A program made the position numbers and the translations under genes. A stretch of 63,935 bases of DNA, filler included, from Globobulimina sp. (lineage: Eukaryota): the NCBI GenBank assembly GCA_003354225.1. It is 55 parts of 55 records of this genome, joined end to end, with 100 filler letters (N's around TTAATTAATTAA, not from the genome) between each part and the next. Parts side by side here need not be neighbours in the genome. Positions count along the whole stretch, not along the records: positions 11,654 to 12,718 come from PIVH01024444.1; positions 12,819 to 13,883 come from PIVH01024445.1; positions 13,984 to 15,048 come from PIVH01024446.1; positions 15,149 to 16,213 come from PIVH01024447.1; positions 16,314 to 17,378 come from PIVH01024448.1; positions 17,479 to 18,543 come from PIVH01024449.1; positions 18,644 to 19,708 come from PIVH01024450.1; positions 19,809 to 20,873 come from PIVH01024451.1; 47 more parts are not named here. One strand, 5' to 3'. A model generated the notes under the pieces. The model saw only the letters and a list, made by a program, of their open reading frames with translations, did no database searches and was not told the DNA's origin. Position 1 is the stretch's first letter, and every line of letters starts with the position of its first letter. Of this stretch, positions 11,892 to 22,431 are shown piece by piece.

Positions 11892-12011
11892 GGTATAGTT
11901 TGTATAGTTTTTCGATCAGATTCACTAACATTTTTAGCATGCATTATTTTTTAAGAGACCATGGGTTCGTAATTTAATTATACATTGGATTACTGAAATC
12001 AAATACAAATT

Positions 12012-12341
12012 ATGGTTTGTGCTAAATGTCAAAGAAAATTGACGAATAACATAACCCCTGATACGCATCATTTTAATGGGAAATGGATAAGAGGCAAAAA
12101 GCCCATCAAACCACAAGTAAAAGAGAAAAATATGAGCAAGATCCTGGAAAATAGACTTAGTCATAAGAAAAAAAAGAAAAAATTCAAAAAAGGTGCAAAT
12201 GGCAAATGTAGGATATGTAAAGGTGTATGCCACCAGAAATTATATTATTATTGTCAACCATGCGCGTATCAAAAAGGTATTTGTGCGATGTGTGGCAAAA
12301 AGCTGCATGATACTACGTCTTATTGTCAGTCCAATGTATGA
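12012..12341 (+). CDS. CRIPT: Cysteine-rich PDZ-binding protein (CRIPT), complete
   Basis: MVCAKCQRKL..ITPD..ENRL..CRICK..YCQPCAYQKGICAMCGKKLHDTTSYCQSNV. Confidence 0.95.
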   Translation: MVCAKCQRKLTNNITPDTHHFNGKWIRGKKPIKPQVKEKNMSKILENRLSHKKKKKKFKKGANGKCRICKGVCHQKLYYYCQPCAYQKGICAMCGKKLHDTTSYCQSNV

Positions 12342-12388
12342 ACTATCAACTTAATATTTAAATAATTTTCATTGTGAGTTTGTAAAAT

Positions 12389-12718
12389 TTATCCTTGCAC
12401 CAAGCTACTACGTAAATTAATCTTTTGTGTAATTGTGGCAAAGTTAATAATCGTATCCATTGCATTGAGAGTATTTGAGCATATTTCTTGCGTCCATTGA
12501 TGGAGTGTATCAGTCTGCGATGTTAAAACATAAAATGACAGCACAGAAGCAGCGGAATAGGATGCTGATAAAGTGTTTGTTGCTGTAACTCTGGAATTTG
12601 GTAAAGTTAATAATGCGCCCAATGTTACATTGTAATATGGATCCGGCAGTGCAGTGGCTAATGAATCCAATTGTTGTTCGGCCAAATTCCAGGAATATTG
12701 GGAAGTGCCTTGCGCCCA
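12389..12718 (-). CDS. Hypothetical protein C-terminus, convergent with CRIPT
   Basis: Open frame from the contig edge to a TAA 47 nt from the CRIPT stop. Confidence 0.5.
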   Translation of the reverse strand, partial: WAQGTSQYSWNLAEQQLDSLATALPDPYYNVTLGALLTLPNSRVTATNTLSASYSAASVLSFYVLTSQTDTLHQWTQEICSNTLNAMDTIINFATITQKINLRSSLVQG

Positions 12719-12818
12719 NNNNNNNNNNNNNNNNNNNNNNNNNNNNNNNNNNNNNNNNNNNNTTAATTAATTAANNNNNNNNNNNNNNNNNNNNNNNNNN
12801 NNNNNNNNNNNNNNNNNN

Positions 12819-12966
12819 AGAAGTACACGAGATTGGCTTGCGTGAGGTTGCGCGAATTGAAACCGAGATGACGAAGATATTGGAAAAACTGGGGCATGAG
12901 GGGGAGAACCCTACCCAGCAGTTGCTGACTTTGGGCGCGAAAGACGAATTTTTGTATGCAAATACT
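12819..12966 (+). CDS. DUF885-like fragment (ends at an apparent junction)
   Basis: EVHEIGLREVARIETEMTKILEKLG..EFLY matches the DUF885 'IH.IGL.EV.RI..EM' motif; GC content drops after ~12966. Confidence 0.6.
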
Positions 12967-13143
12967 ATTTACGCAGTTTTTAAAATGAATCAATTGGCGT
13001 ATAAATATCACTCCGTTTTTGAGCAAGAGCGATGAAAGAAAAAGACAATCAAAAATTTGAATATACAATGCATGTCAAGCACTCTGTATTCATACAATAA
13101 CAAACAAAGAGAACAAAAATATGAGAAATATCAATCAATCAAT

Positions 13144-13883
13144 TCATTTTTTCAATAATAATCGAACATCGACAGGACCACCACCACTCAGCGCCTTCTT
13201 CTCTTTACAATTCTTATGTTTATCCTTATCCTTATTCTTATGCTTATCTTTATTTTTTTTATGATATTTATCCTTTTTTTTGTGTTTGTGTTTGTGTTTA
13301 TGTTTTTTCTTTTTATCCTCACTTTTCTTCATTTTTTGTTTTAACTGTTGGTACAATTCAATTAATTCCTGTTTCTTCTTTAGATCTCCGACATTATTAT
13401 TTTTATTCTTATTCTTAGTGATCACATTTATTGTGTTTGGATTTATTTTAACTTTGATATTTGCCATGTTTCCATAATCCGTTCTACGAATTAGATTTGG
13501 CGGCATTTCCCACCAATTATCCAACTTTTTTTTCTCTTCTAAGTCCGTAATAAATTGTTTTCGCTGTAATTTTTCGAATGGAATGTTATAATTGAATGTA
13601 GGCCGATTTTTTACATTTTGTGGTACTTGCGGTCTTTTATCATATTTTGCTCCTAACTTATAACTCCATGGACCTGTGGGTAATTTGGGCAATGCCAAAT
13701 CCATTGGCATACAGTCCTCCTCTCCCTCATTATCATCATCATCATCATCCTTCGCATCCAGATCATCATCATCATCATAATCACAATCATCGCTATTCAT
13801 ATCATTAACATTATTCCCATTGTTCTCTATATCAAGTTTTGGTTTGTTTTTTTTACTTTTCTTCCTAGTTCGTTTCTGTTTTT
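13144..13883 (-). CDS. Acidic/Lys-His-rich hypothetical protein, 3' part
   Basis: Open 240-codon frame with a globular-looking middle section (LPKLPTGPW..WWEMPP). Confidence 0.55.
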
Positions 13884-15177
13884 NNNNNNNNNNNNNNNNN
13901 NNNNNNNNNNNNNNNNNNNNNNNNNNNTTAATTAATTAANNNNNNNNNNNNNNNNNNNNNNNNNNNNNNNNNNNNNNNNNNNNCTAAACCACTTTATCGT
14001 TAATTGAACTGATCACATACCTGTTGTTCAAATACAATATTTCCAACTACATTTTCCACTGCTGCTGCTGCTGCACCTACATGTATACCATGATTGAATT
14101 GAGCTACTGCTCCTACTGCACCTATACCATTATGTCCGTCCGTTTGCCGTATCATTTTTAAACTATATTGAATACAATACTGAAATTATAGTATAGTCCA
14201 TTATCGGATGGAAGGAAAACAACACTAACATTACCTTTAATAGTTGAGGATGTTGTCTATAATCCGTAGGACCAACATTTAGCAATGCACCAAAGCCGTT
14301 CCATAAATTGTATAATACAGGTTCGTATGCTGACAAAGCAAATAACTGTTGTGCTGAATCTGTAACCCCTTTGGTCAGTAGCAAGAATGCCTTCAATCTG
14401 TTCATCAATGCATCTAAAGTGGAATAAGTGGGAATAGGTCAATAATTAGGTAATGAACTACAGTACAATACAATTGGTAAAAAATCATCATAATTAGGGT
14501 ATGAAAGCGTTTTATAATTTAATTTTGAAAATCACTGTACTTGGTTCATTCTGGCTCCATGCCATCGATATTGTACATGTAATGTAATTCATAATATTAA
14601 TTATTATCAATAATTGACATACCAACTCCAACCGTGCCACCCAAACGACTAACACCAAAATAGAAACACAACGCCATTCGTCTTGCCATATTTCTTGTAC
14701 TCCATGTAGGGTTGTTCACCAATAAACCTTGGAACTCTTGCAAATCAGCAGCAGAAAAATGTTGCCTGAAAAACTTAATATTTACAAATTGAACTAATCA
14801 CAAAATTCAACTAAACTTACATCAAAACAGGATTAGCCTGCATTTCGACAGGTTGTACAGCATTTCCACCTTCATCATCAAACATCTCCATGTACATGAC
14901 AGTAGTATATTGCTTCTTATAATCTAATGATGCACTTACAACAGTTTATGCAAGATATGCACACGAATATGACATATTGATGTACTTATGACATCACACT
15001 TCGAAGTGTCGCATTACACTGCACTGTGAAACTTGACTAGATCATTACNNNNNNNNNNNNNNNNNNNNNNNNNNNNNNNNNNNNNNNNNNNNTTAATTAA
15101 TTAANNNNNNNNNNNNNNNNNNNNNNNNNNNNNNNNNNNNNNNNNNNNAAAAAAACACTCAAAAAAAACTCAGCAAA

Positions 15178-16213
15178 ATGGAGATTTATGGCGAACCAGA
15201 GGATAAATGTTTGGTATGCTTTGAATCAAATCATCAGGATACGATGGTAAAATGTAAGGAATGCTCATTAACCGTACATCTCAAATGTTATGGTGTTACC
15301 GGTAAATCCTTTGATGAATGGAAATGTAGATATTGCATATACGCAGAAGAACAAAATATTGACTGTCAGCCAGATAATTATAGTATAAAATGTCGTATTT
15401 GCAATCAAAAAACATTTGCGGCATTAAAACCGTGTGCAAAGAATGATGGTTTTGCGCATTTAATCTGCGCACTGTGGACACCATTTACATTTGTCCGGAA
15501 TCAGTATCATATGTCGCCGATACATAATATCAAGAAATGTGATAAATATAAAAACATTTTAGAGAAATTGCATTGTATGGCATGTGGCCAAAGCTTTGCT
15601 ACATTAAAATGCAGAATTAAAAGTTGTAGGTCCTTTTTCCATCCATTATGCCTAATCGGTAAAACAGGTAATTCCAAGCAACATAAATGTATGATTCGGC
15701 AAGATTTCATTATCGACAAAATGAATGCTGCTATGTTTTATGCGTATTGCCCAAAACATGCACATTTGCATCAGGTTAGTGTCTATTTTGTAAATAAGTT
15801 ATAAATTATAGTTGTAATGCATATTAATTATACGGTAAAATTAAGGCATTTGATTCGTTGAACGTGACCAGAAGTGATCGCGAAGCCACATTTATTGCTA
15901 ATAATGAGCTCGAAGCTGACGATGCAGACAAATTTAAAGATGTTGAATCAAAGATATGTGCAAATAATGATGATATAGAGATGTCAGTGTTTGAGCAACA
16001 TAAACAAACAAACAACTATGGTCAGAGTAATATGTTTAAAGATAATAATTGTTTACAATGCAATCCAGTTGGTGTGGAATTATCGCCTGCATTTTGTAAT
16101 AATACTAATAATTATAATCATTTAATTTACGACAATAGTAATATTTATGCAGACGCAAATATGGGCGAAAAATCACAACAACAATTTTTATCAAATACAA
16201 CACCAACTGTTGC
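15178..16213 (+). CDS. PHD + extended-PHD (PZP-like) chromatin reader, partial, intron near 15775-15845
   Basis: CLVC..MVKCKECSLTVHLKCYGV..WKCRYC; CRIC..ALKP..AHLICALW..CMAC..LKC..C..FFHPLC..YCPKH. Confidence 0.85.
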
Positions 16214-16535
16214 NNNNNNNNNNNNNNNNNNNNNNNNNNNNNNNNNNNNNNNNNNNNTTAATTAATTAANNNNNNNNNNNNNNNNNNNNNNNNNNNNNNN
16301 NNNNNNNNNNNNNAGCAATGGGACACGAGTAATCGTAGGGCTGTCGTGGTAAGACACGGTTTAAAATCTGTATCTCGCAGCAGAGAGCTATCCTGTACTT
16401 GTAAGGATCCTGGTGAGGCCAGGTGACGAGCTTAGTTGTCAATTTTTGTATAACTGAGCTCCCGTGAGGCAAAGTGTCTAACTGTGTTCCATGAAATTAT
16501 TTTTCTACGGAACTGTAAACCAGTTAGGACCAAGT

Positions 16536-16663
16536 ACAGAGGACCTAAACCAAACGTGACGGGTAAACCAGTTTGAACAATAATTTGCTATTTACAAATG
16601 TTTGCCAATTTACAGATTGCAAAATATTGTTGAAACTGGTTTACCATCACTTTAGGTTTCTGT
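16536..16663. mobile_element. ~128-bp imperfect inverted-repeat (foldback/MITE-like) element
   Basis: ACAGAGGACCTAAA..GTGACGGGTAAACCAGTTTGAACAATAATTTGC pairs with GCAAAATATTGTTGAAACTGGTTTACCATCACTTTAGGTTTCTGT. Confidence 0.65.
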
Positions 16664-16770
16664 CACCAAGCTTGTACAATTATAATTGCTTGCAATTTAC
16701 CTAACTAACACTTTCTCCATAAAAACAAAATTAGACATTTCGAAAGTTTGCAGCAAATAATTAGAAAGAG

Positions 16771-17378
16771 ATGAAAAAAACATCAACATCATCATCATCA
16801 ACATCAGTATCAACATCAGCATCAACATCAGCATCAAAATCATCAGCAGCATCAGCATCAACATCATCAACAACATTATCATCATCAGTAACAAAAAAAA
16901 AAATCGGATCAACAAGAAGAAAAATATTTAATCATAAAACAATTGAAAAATATAAAGAAAAAGCAAACAAATTTAGTGTTAACAAAAAATACACCAAGCA
17001 AACATTAACACGAATGCCAAAGTCACAACTTTTGTTCATTGCTAATGACTGGAAAATTAGAGTAAAATCAAAAAAAATCGTAGACCAAATTTATAATAAT
17101 ATATATAACCAGTCATGGTTTATCGCTTTCCAAATGGAACAATCAGCATCAAAATCATCATCATCAAAATCATCATTATTATTATCTAGTAGTAAAAAAT
17201 TATTGAAAAATCAATCAGCATCCACAGAGCAATTAATTAAAAGAACATATCCAATTGGAATTCCAAGACATGGTGTAATATGTTGGTTTATTTCGGGTTT
17301 ACAAGCACTTACCCTTGTTCAATGGGATCCTGTATTTTTTGATTATGCACGGAAAAATAATGATTTATTTTCAAGAGT
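16771..17378 (+). CDS. Ser/Thr-rich protein with a possible USP peptidase Cys-box at the contig end
   Basis: TCAGCA/TCAACA microsatellite-encoded S/T/A tract; PIGIPRHGVICWFISGLQAL resembles G-L-x-N-x-G-N-T-C-Y-x-N-S-x-L-Q-x-L. Confidence 0.5.
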
Positions 17379-17478
17379 NNNNNNNNNNNNNNNNNNNNNN
17401 NNNNNNNNNNNNNNNNNNNNNNTTAATTAATTAANNNNNNNNNNNNNNNNNNNNNNNNNNNNNNNNNNNNNNNNNNNN

Positions 17479-18150
<672 letters not shown>

Positions 18151-18163
18151 CCAACGCGGGTAT

Positions 18164-18210
18164 TACGCCATATGGCACCGCATAAAATACGCCATATGGC
18201 ACCGAATATA
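18164..18210. repeat. ~24-bp direct repeat TACGCCATATGGCACCG(C/A)ATA
   Basis: Two tandem copies, each with the palindrome GCCATATGGC, at the upstream edge of the PI3K remnant. Confidence 0.8.
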
Positions 18211-18427
18211 AGCGGTCGTACGGAGTCAATGGCGCATTATAATGTTTGGTCATTCCTATTGCTAATTAGTGCAACGCCTCGGCCGTATAATCTGGGCCAC
18301 TCTCACTGCCATCCCCCTAAAAGGAACAATGCCATCAAACCGTGTAAATGGAATACTTCCTCGCCGTGATTGATACTCTTCGCCGATATCACACAATGAC
18401 GGCACCTCATAATGCGTCACTTTCATG

Positions 18428-18509
18428 TCATCGCCGTAGGATTTGAACCTACATCCATTTGGTTTGCAATCCATTTAAACCAATGCTCTGCCAATTGAGC
18501 TAGGCGACC
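18428..18509 (-). tRNA. tRNA-like element (Ala-type UGC anticodon if an 8-nt loop insertion is removed); probably a pseudo-tRNA or SINE head
   Basis: GGTCGCC-TA-GCTC AATTGGCA GAGC-A-TTGGT[15-nt loop]ACCAA-ATGGAT-GTAGG TTCAAAT CCTAC-GGCGATG; D and T arms intact, 1:72 mismatch. Confidence 0.6.
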
Positions 18510-18643
18510 TTCCATATGACTTCCGAATGCTTTTTACTTGATTNNNNNNNNNNNNNNNNNNNNNNNNNNNNNNNNNNNNNNNNNNNNTTAATTAATTAAN
18601 NNNNNNNNNNNNNNNNNNNNNNNNNNNNNNNNNNNNNNNNNNN

Positions 18644-18913
18644 ATCTCTGCTCCATTGGACCGTTGTTCCGTTGCAGTAAATAACGAGTTTTTCGTTTTC
18701 GTACCGATCGTAGCAGAAATTTAGCACAGCACCATCGGTTCTTTTCATAAATGAAAACAAGCACTGGCTCGGCACCGAACTTGTCGTGCCAGTGGTGGTG
18801 GTGGTAACAACTCGTTCTGGACTGTCCTTCGTTGTGATCAACATAAAAATTGATATGAAAATTAAAACGGCTCCGGCCGTGCCGACCAATGCGATATTTT
18901 TGCGAGTATCCAT
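18644..18913 (-). CDS. Small N-anchored membrane protein with Thr-rich stalk, partial
   Basis: MDTRKN + TM IALVGTAGAVLIFISIFMLI + TTTTTGTT + Cys-containing ectodomain. Confidence 0.65.
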
Positions 18914-18946
18914 AGTCGTTGAATTAATGAGACTATATCCGCGTTC

Positions 18947-18954
18947 TTTTTATA
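18947..18954 (-). promoter_or_regulatory. TATA box (TATAAAAA) ~34 nt upstream of the ATG at 18913
   Basis: Canonical TATA sequence at a compact promoter-like spacing. Confidence 0.5.
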
Positions 18955-18960
18955 CCTATA

Positions 18961-19095
18961 CGAGGATGAGAACCTCATCCCCCCCCTCGTGCGCCGCCTT
19001 AGAGGCGGCGCACCCAAACCCAGGGAAGGGCTGGGCGGAGCTCCGCCCAGGGGGGTTGGCCAGGCTGCCTAAGAGGCAGCCTGGTGGGGGCTCGC
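18961..19095. repeat. GC-rich cluster of four perfect hairpins/palindromes between divergent ORFs
   Basis: GGATGAG-AAC-CTCATCC (18964-80); GTGCGCCGCCT-TAG-AGGCGGCGCAC (18989-19013); CTGGGCGGAGCTCCGCCCAG (19031-50); CCAGGCTGCCT-AAG-AGGCAGCCTGG (19060-84). Confidence 0.95.
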
Positions 19096-19230
19096 AAAAA
19101 AAACTGGTTGAGGTGTCGGGCTCAGGCTTAGGATTCGGCCGACTCATGCTTCGCATTCGTCATATCGCTGCGCGTGGCCTCACCTCAAGCCTTGCGAGAA
19201 GCCCGAAACCTAAACCTTTTTTTTCAGAAT

Positions 19231-19683
19231 ATGACCGAACGTCAGCTCAGAATTGTTGTGCGTCAAACCATTATGTGGGCCACAGGGAAACCGATACGCG
19301 AACGACATTTCATTTTACCTACATTGATAGAAGCCATGACAGAAATAAAAGATCCGATATTACAACGATATGCTAATTTTTTGCCTGTAGAAAAAGTTAT
19401 TCAAGCTGTATTCAAGGATAATATTATAAATTGGGGCCGAATAGTGTCGATTTTCGCATTTTGTGGCATGATGGCTAATCTGAATAAAAACAGACCTAAT
19501 TATTTATTAAAATTGGAGTACGATTTTGCAAGAGCCCTGTTTGTGCACGTGGGAGCCTGGTTCCACAACCATAATGGCTGGTACGGTTTTGAACGATTTA
19601 TGGACAAAAAGACAGATATTGGATTATTGATAATGGCTGTTTCTATAATTTTGTTTTATTATTCGATAAAATACTTCGTATAA
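19231..19683 (+). CDS. Bcl-2 family apoptosis regulator, compact intronless 150 aa (virus-like)
   Basis: BH1 VFKDNIINWGRIVSIFAFCG; BH2 WFHNHNGWYGFERF; C-terminal TM IGLLIMAVSIILFYY; first ATG at 19231. Confidence 0.9.
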   Translation: MTERQLRIVVRQTIMWATGKPIRERHFILPTLIEAMTEIKDPILQRYANFLPVEKVIQAVFKDNIINWGRIVSIFAFCGMMANLNKNRPNYLLKLEYDFARALFVHVGAWFHNHNGWYGFERFMDKKTDIGLLIMAVSIILFYYSIKYFV

Positions 19684-19808
19684 ACACTTTTCACCAAAAA
19701 ATGCTTAANNNNNNNNNNNNNNNNNNNNNNNNNNNNNNNNNNNNNNNNNNNNTTAATTAATTAANNNNNNNNNNNNNNNNNNNNNNNNNNNNNNNNNNNN
19801 NNNNNNNN

Positions 19809-20328
19809 TGCCCTCTCTGTCGATGGTGCGACGATTACGAATATTCACGGCCAATTTACGTTGTTTGTTGCGACTATTTAACTGATCCAAAAGCGAAGGT
19901 TTTGAGCCAGTAAATCGCTTTTTGCCCCCTGCAAAAACGCCGTTGTTGCTAATTCGATCTAAATTGCTTAGCCAGGAATGACCAGATTGTTCCTGTGAAT
20001 TTGAGGTATTCTCTTCTTTCGATTCAGTGACAGATGAGTTTGTATTGGAATTCGTGTTGTGTCTATTATCTGTATTCGTTCTTGGCAACGCATTCAAAAT
20101 CTTCTCTCTGTATAATTCAAATTCTTCTGATTTATTTAAGGGATCCACCAATTGAAGGATCACTGTGGCTAATTTCGTGAAATCCGGTTTAAAATTGGCT
20201 ACTTTGAAGGTGACGTTCGCCTCAGTTAAACCAAAATAAATATACATCTTCGATTTGGGCGAATTTTTATACGTCATATTATTTTTGTTGTTCGGATCGC
20301 AAATAAATTGATTAAATTGATTGATCAT
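19809..20328 (-). CDS. Hypothetical protein N-terminus after a long AT-rich leader (possible retroelement ORF1)
   Basis: Open frame of >170 codons; no diagnostic motif. Confidence 0.4.
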
Positions 20329-21004
20329 TGTGCTCCAAACAATTTTTGCAAATTGAATGAATTGATTTACTTGTTCTAAGTCGTGATTTACTTTTAGTTA
20401 CAAAAAGAATTTTAAAAACTTAAAAAGAACTGAAGTAAGACTTAAATAATAATAAATAAACAGAAAAGATATTTCGTCACCAATCAAAACCCTTGTTCAA
20501 CAAATAGAACATAGTGTTTTAATTAAATTCCTTATAACTAAAATAACTTACAAATAATTAATGATTACTTTGTGAATATAATAATAAGATAAGATTATGA
20601 TTAATTCTTTGATTGATAGGGGAAATGAATGAAACTATAATTTACAACCAGTATGAAACGGGGGGGAAACATTATATTTAATATAACTAATATACCTAAC
20701 AACAAACATAAACAAATAACAAAACTAAATAACATACTTGATATAAATACACATAAATAATAATAAATCCCCTCCCGAATATTCTAATTATAACTTCAAT
20801 GATTTTATCGAATTATGAAATTTATCTAAGTAAAAGTCTGCTTCTTCTGCATCGAAATCAAATTGTTTGCTATNNNNNNNNNNNNNNNNNNNNNNNNNNN
20901 NNNNNNNNNNNNNNNNNTTAATTAATTAANNNNNNNNNNNNNNNNNNNNNNNNNNNNNNNNNNNNNNNNNNNNTGATACAGTCGTAAATATTTGTATATT
21001 AGTT

Positions 21005-21622
21005 ATGATTTGCAGCGGCGTTATAATATGTTTACTTGGCATTGGAGCTGCCATTGGTTATGGTGGGTATGAAGCAGTTCAATCAGGAATGGACGAAGAA
21101 GCATATGCAGCAACGTTTAATATCCCCGGGAAATGTGAATGCTTATCATCCCGAACAACGTCACATCGTTCATGTTCTGGTTCTGGATCAAAAAGACGTT
21201 GTACCACACAATATACCACACATTACACATGGGAAGTAATTGATAATTATAACAATACAATGCCCTGTGACGTTGCTAAAACATTTGAATCTGAGGAATC
21301 AGGCCATGGATCATATGGTATTGGTAGCAAAGTTACATGTTTTACAAACAATAAATGTGCAGAGGTATTCATATCAACAAACAATACACACAATGAAAAT
21401 GCTGGATGGATATATTTTGGCGCATCGTTATTATTTCTCATATCTTGTTGTTTTGGTGTTTGTTTTTTTATAGCATTTTATAATCACTCAGTTAGTGTTT
21501 GTAAACAATGTTGTGGTGACGACATGGATTGTAATCAAATTGGGGGAAGTTGTAGTAGTTACAGTTGGTATGGAAATGCAATTAATTCGTGTTGTGGATA
21601 CAATGACAAGTACTCTTCTTAA
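21005..21622 (+). CDS. Two-TM protein with Cys-rich extracellular loop
   Basis: TM1 GVIICLLGIGAAIGY, loop with CSGSGSKRRC, TM2 WIYFGASLLFLISCCFGVCFF. Confidence 0.6.
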   Translation: MICSGVIICLLGIGAAIGYGGYEAVQSGMDEEAYAATFNIPGKCECLSSRTTSHRSCSGSGSKRRCTTQYTTHYTWEVIDNYNNTMPCDVAKTFESEESGHGSYGIGSKVTCFTNNKCAEVFISTNNTHNENAGWIYFGASLLFLISCCFGVCFFIAFYNHSVSVCKQCCGDDMDCNQIGGSCSSYSWYGNAINSCCGYNDKYSS

Positions 21623-22312
21623 ATTGATTACTGCTGATAACGAATACAAACTGTTTTTATTGTTTTTAGTATGCAAATTAATGTACGATCGAGTTACTAT
21701 TTTTTTCGTAGAAAGTTCTGGGATCGATGATCTCGGTCTGATTTTAAACGACAAAACTGCACAACTTAAAAAATATAGCTCTGAGCTTTGAGCTCGATAA
21801 TCGATGCATTCTTGTGCTTTATTATCAATTTCTCCTTCATTGTCTGCTGAACCCGTACTTCGAACGGCTGCCATGATATGGAAAAAACTTTTCACTTAAA
21901 AAATTTATTGAATGCAAACAAATATGACTTTTGTTGTCTGCTGTTGACGGCGTTTTGTGTCGGATCTGAACAAACACATATGTAACATGGCTAGGGTTCA
22001 CTTGTAACCTTTGTGATTTCTATACTATTCCTTCTTCGNNNNNNNNNNNNNNNNNNNNNNNNNNNNNNNNNNNNNNNNNNNNTTAATTAATTAANNNNNN
22101 NNNNNNNNNNNNNNNNNNNNNNNNNNNNNNNNNNNNNNAAACAGTAATCTCCCGATTTATTAATGTTTGCAATTTGACTCTTATTTGAGTGAATTTTTCT
22201 ATACTCATAATCGCCATTATTATCATCATAATCGCCATATTATGATCATAATTGTCATTATTAGTGTTCTGTTTATATAATTAGATAATTGACAAAAAAA
22301 TAAACTCAATTT

Positions 22313-22345
22313 TCTCTCTCTCTCTCTCACACACACTCTCACCAC
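22313..22345. repeat. (CT)n(CA)n microsatellite
   Basis: tctctctctctctctcacacacactctcac. Confidence 0.85.
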
Positions 22346-22431
22346 ACAACCGCTTTAATTATAATAATTCAAAGAAAAGAAAAGAAAAAAAAAACCTCGA
22401 GTTCATCTCAAATATCGTCACCTAAAAAACA

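Noticed and set aside
13984-15048. Possible multi-exon minus-strand gene
   Set aside because: Splice-like sites and short frames are visible, but there is no recognisable motif or reliable exon chain.
16697-16915. Met/Leu-repeat membrane protein ORF
   Set aside because: Antisense translation of the TCAGCA/TCAACA microsatellite that encodes the Ser-rich tract on the plus strand.
18164-18210. CRISPR-like palindromic direct repeats
   Set aside because: Only two adjacent copies, no spacers and no cas genes.
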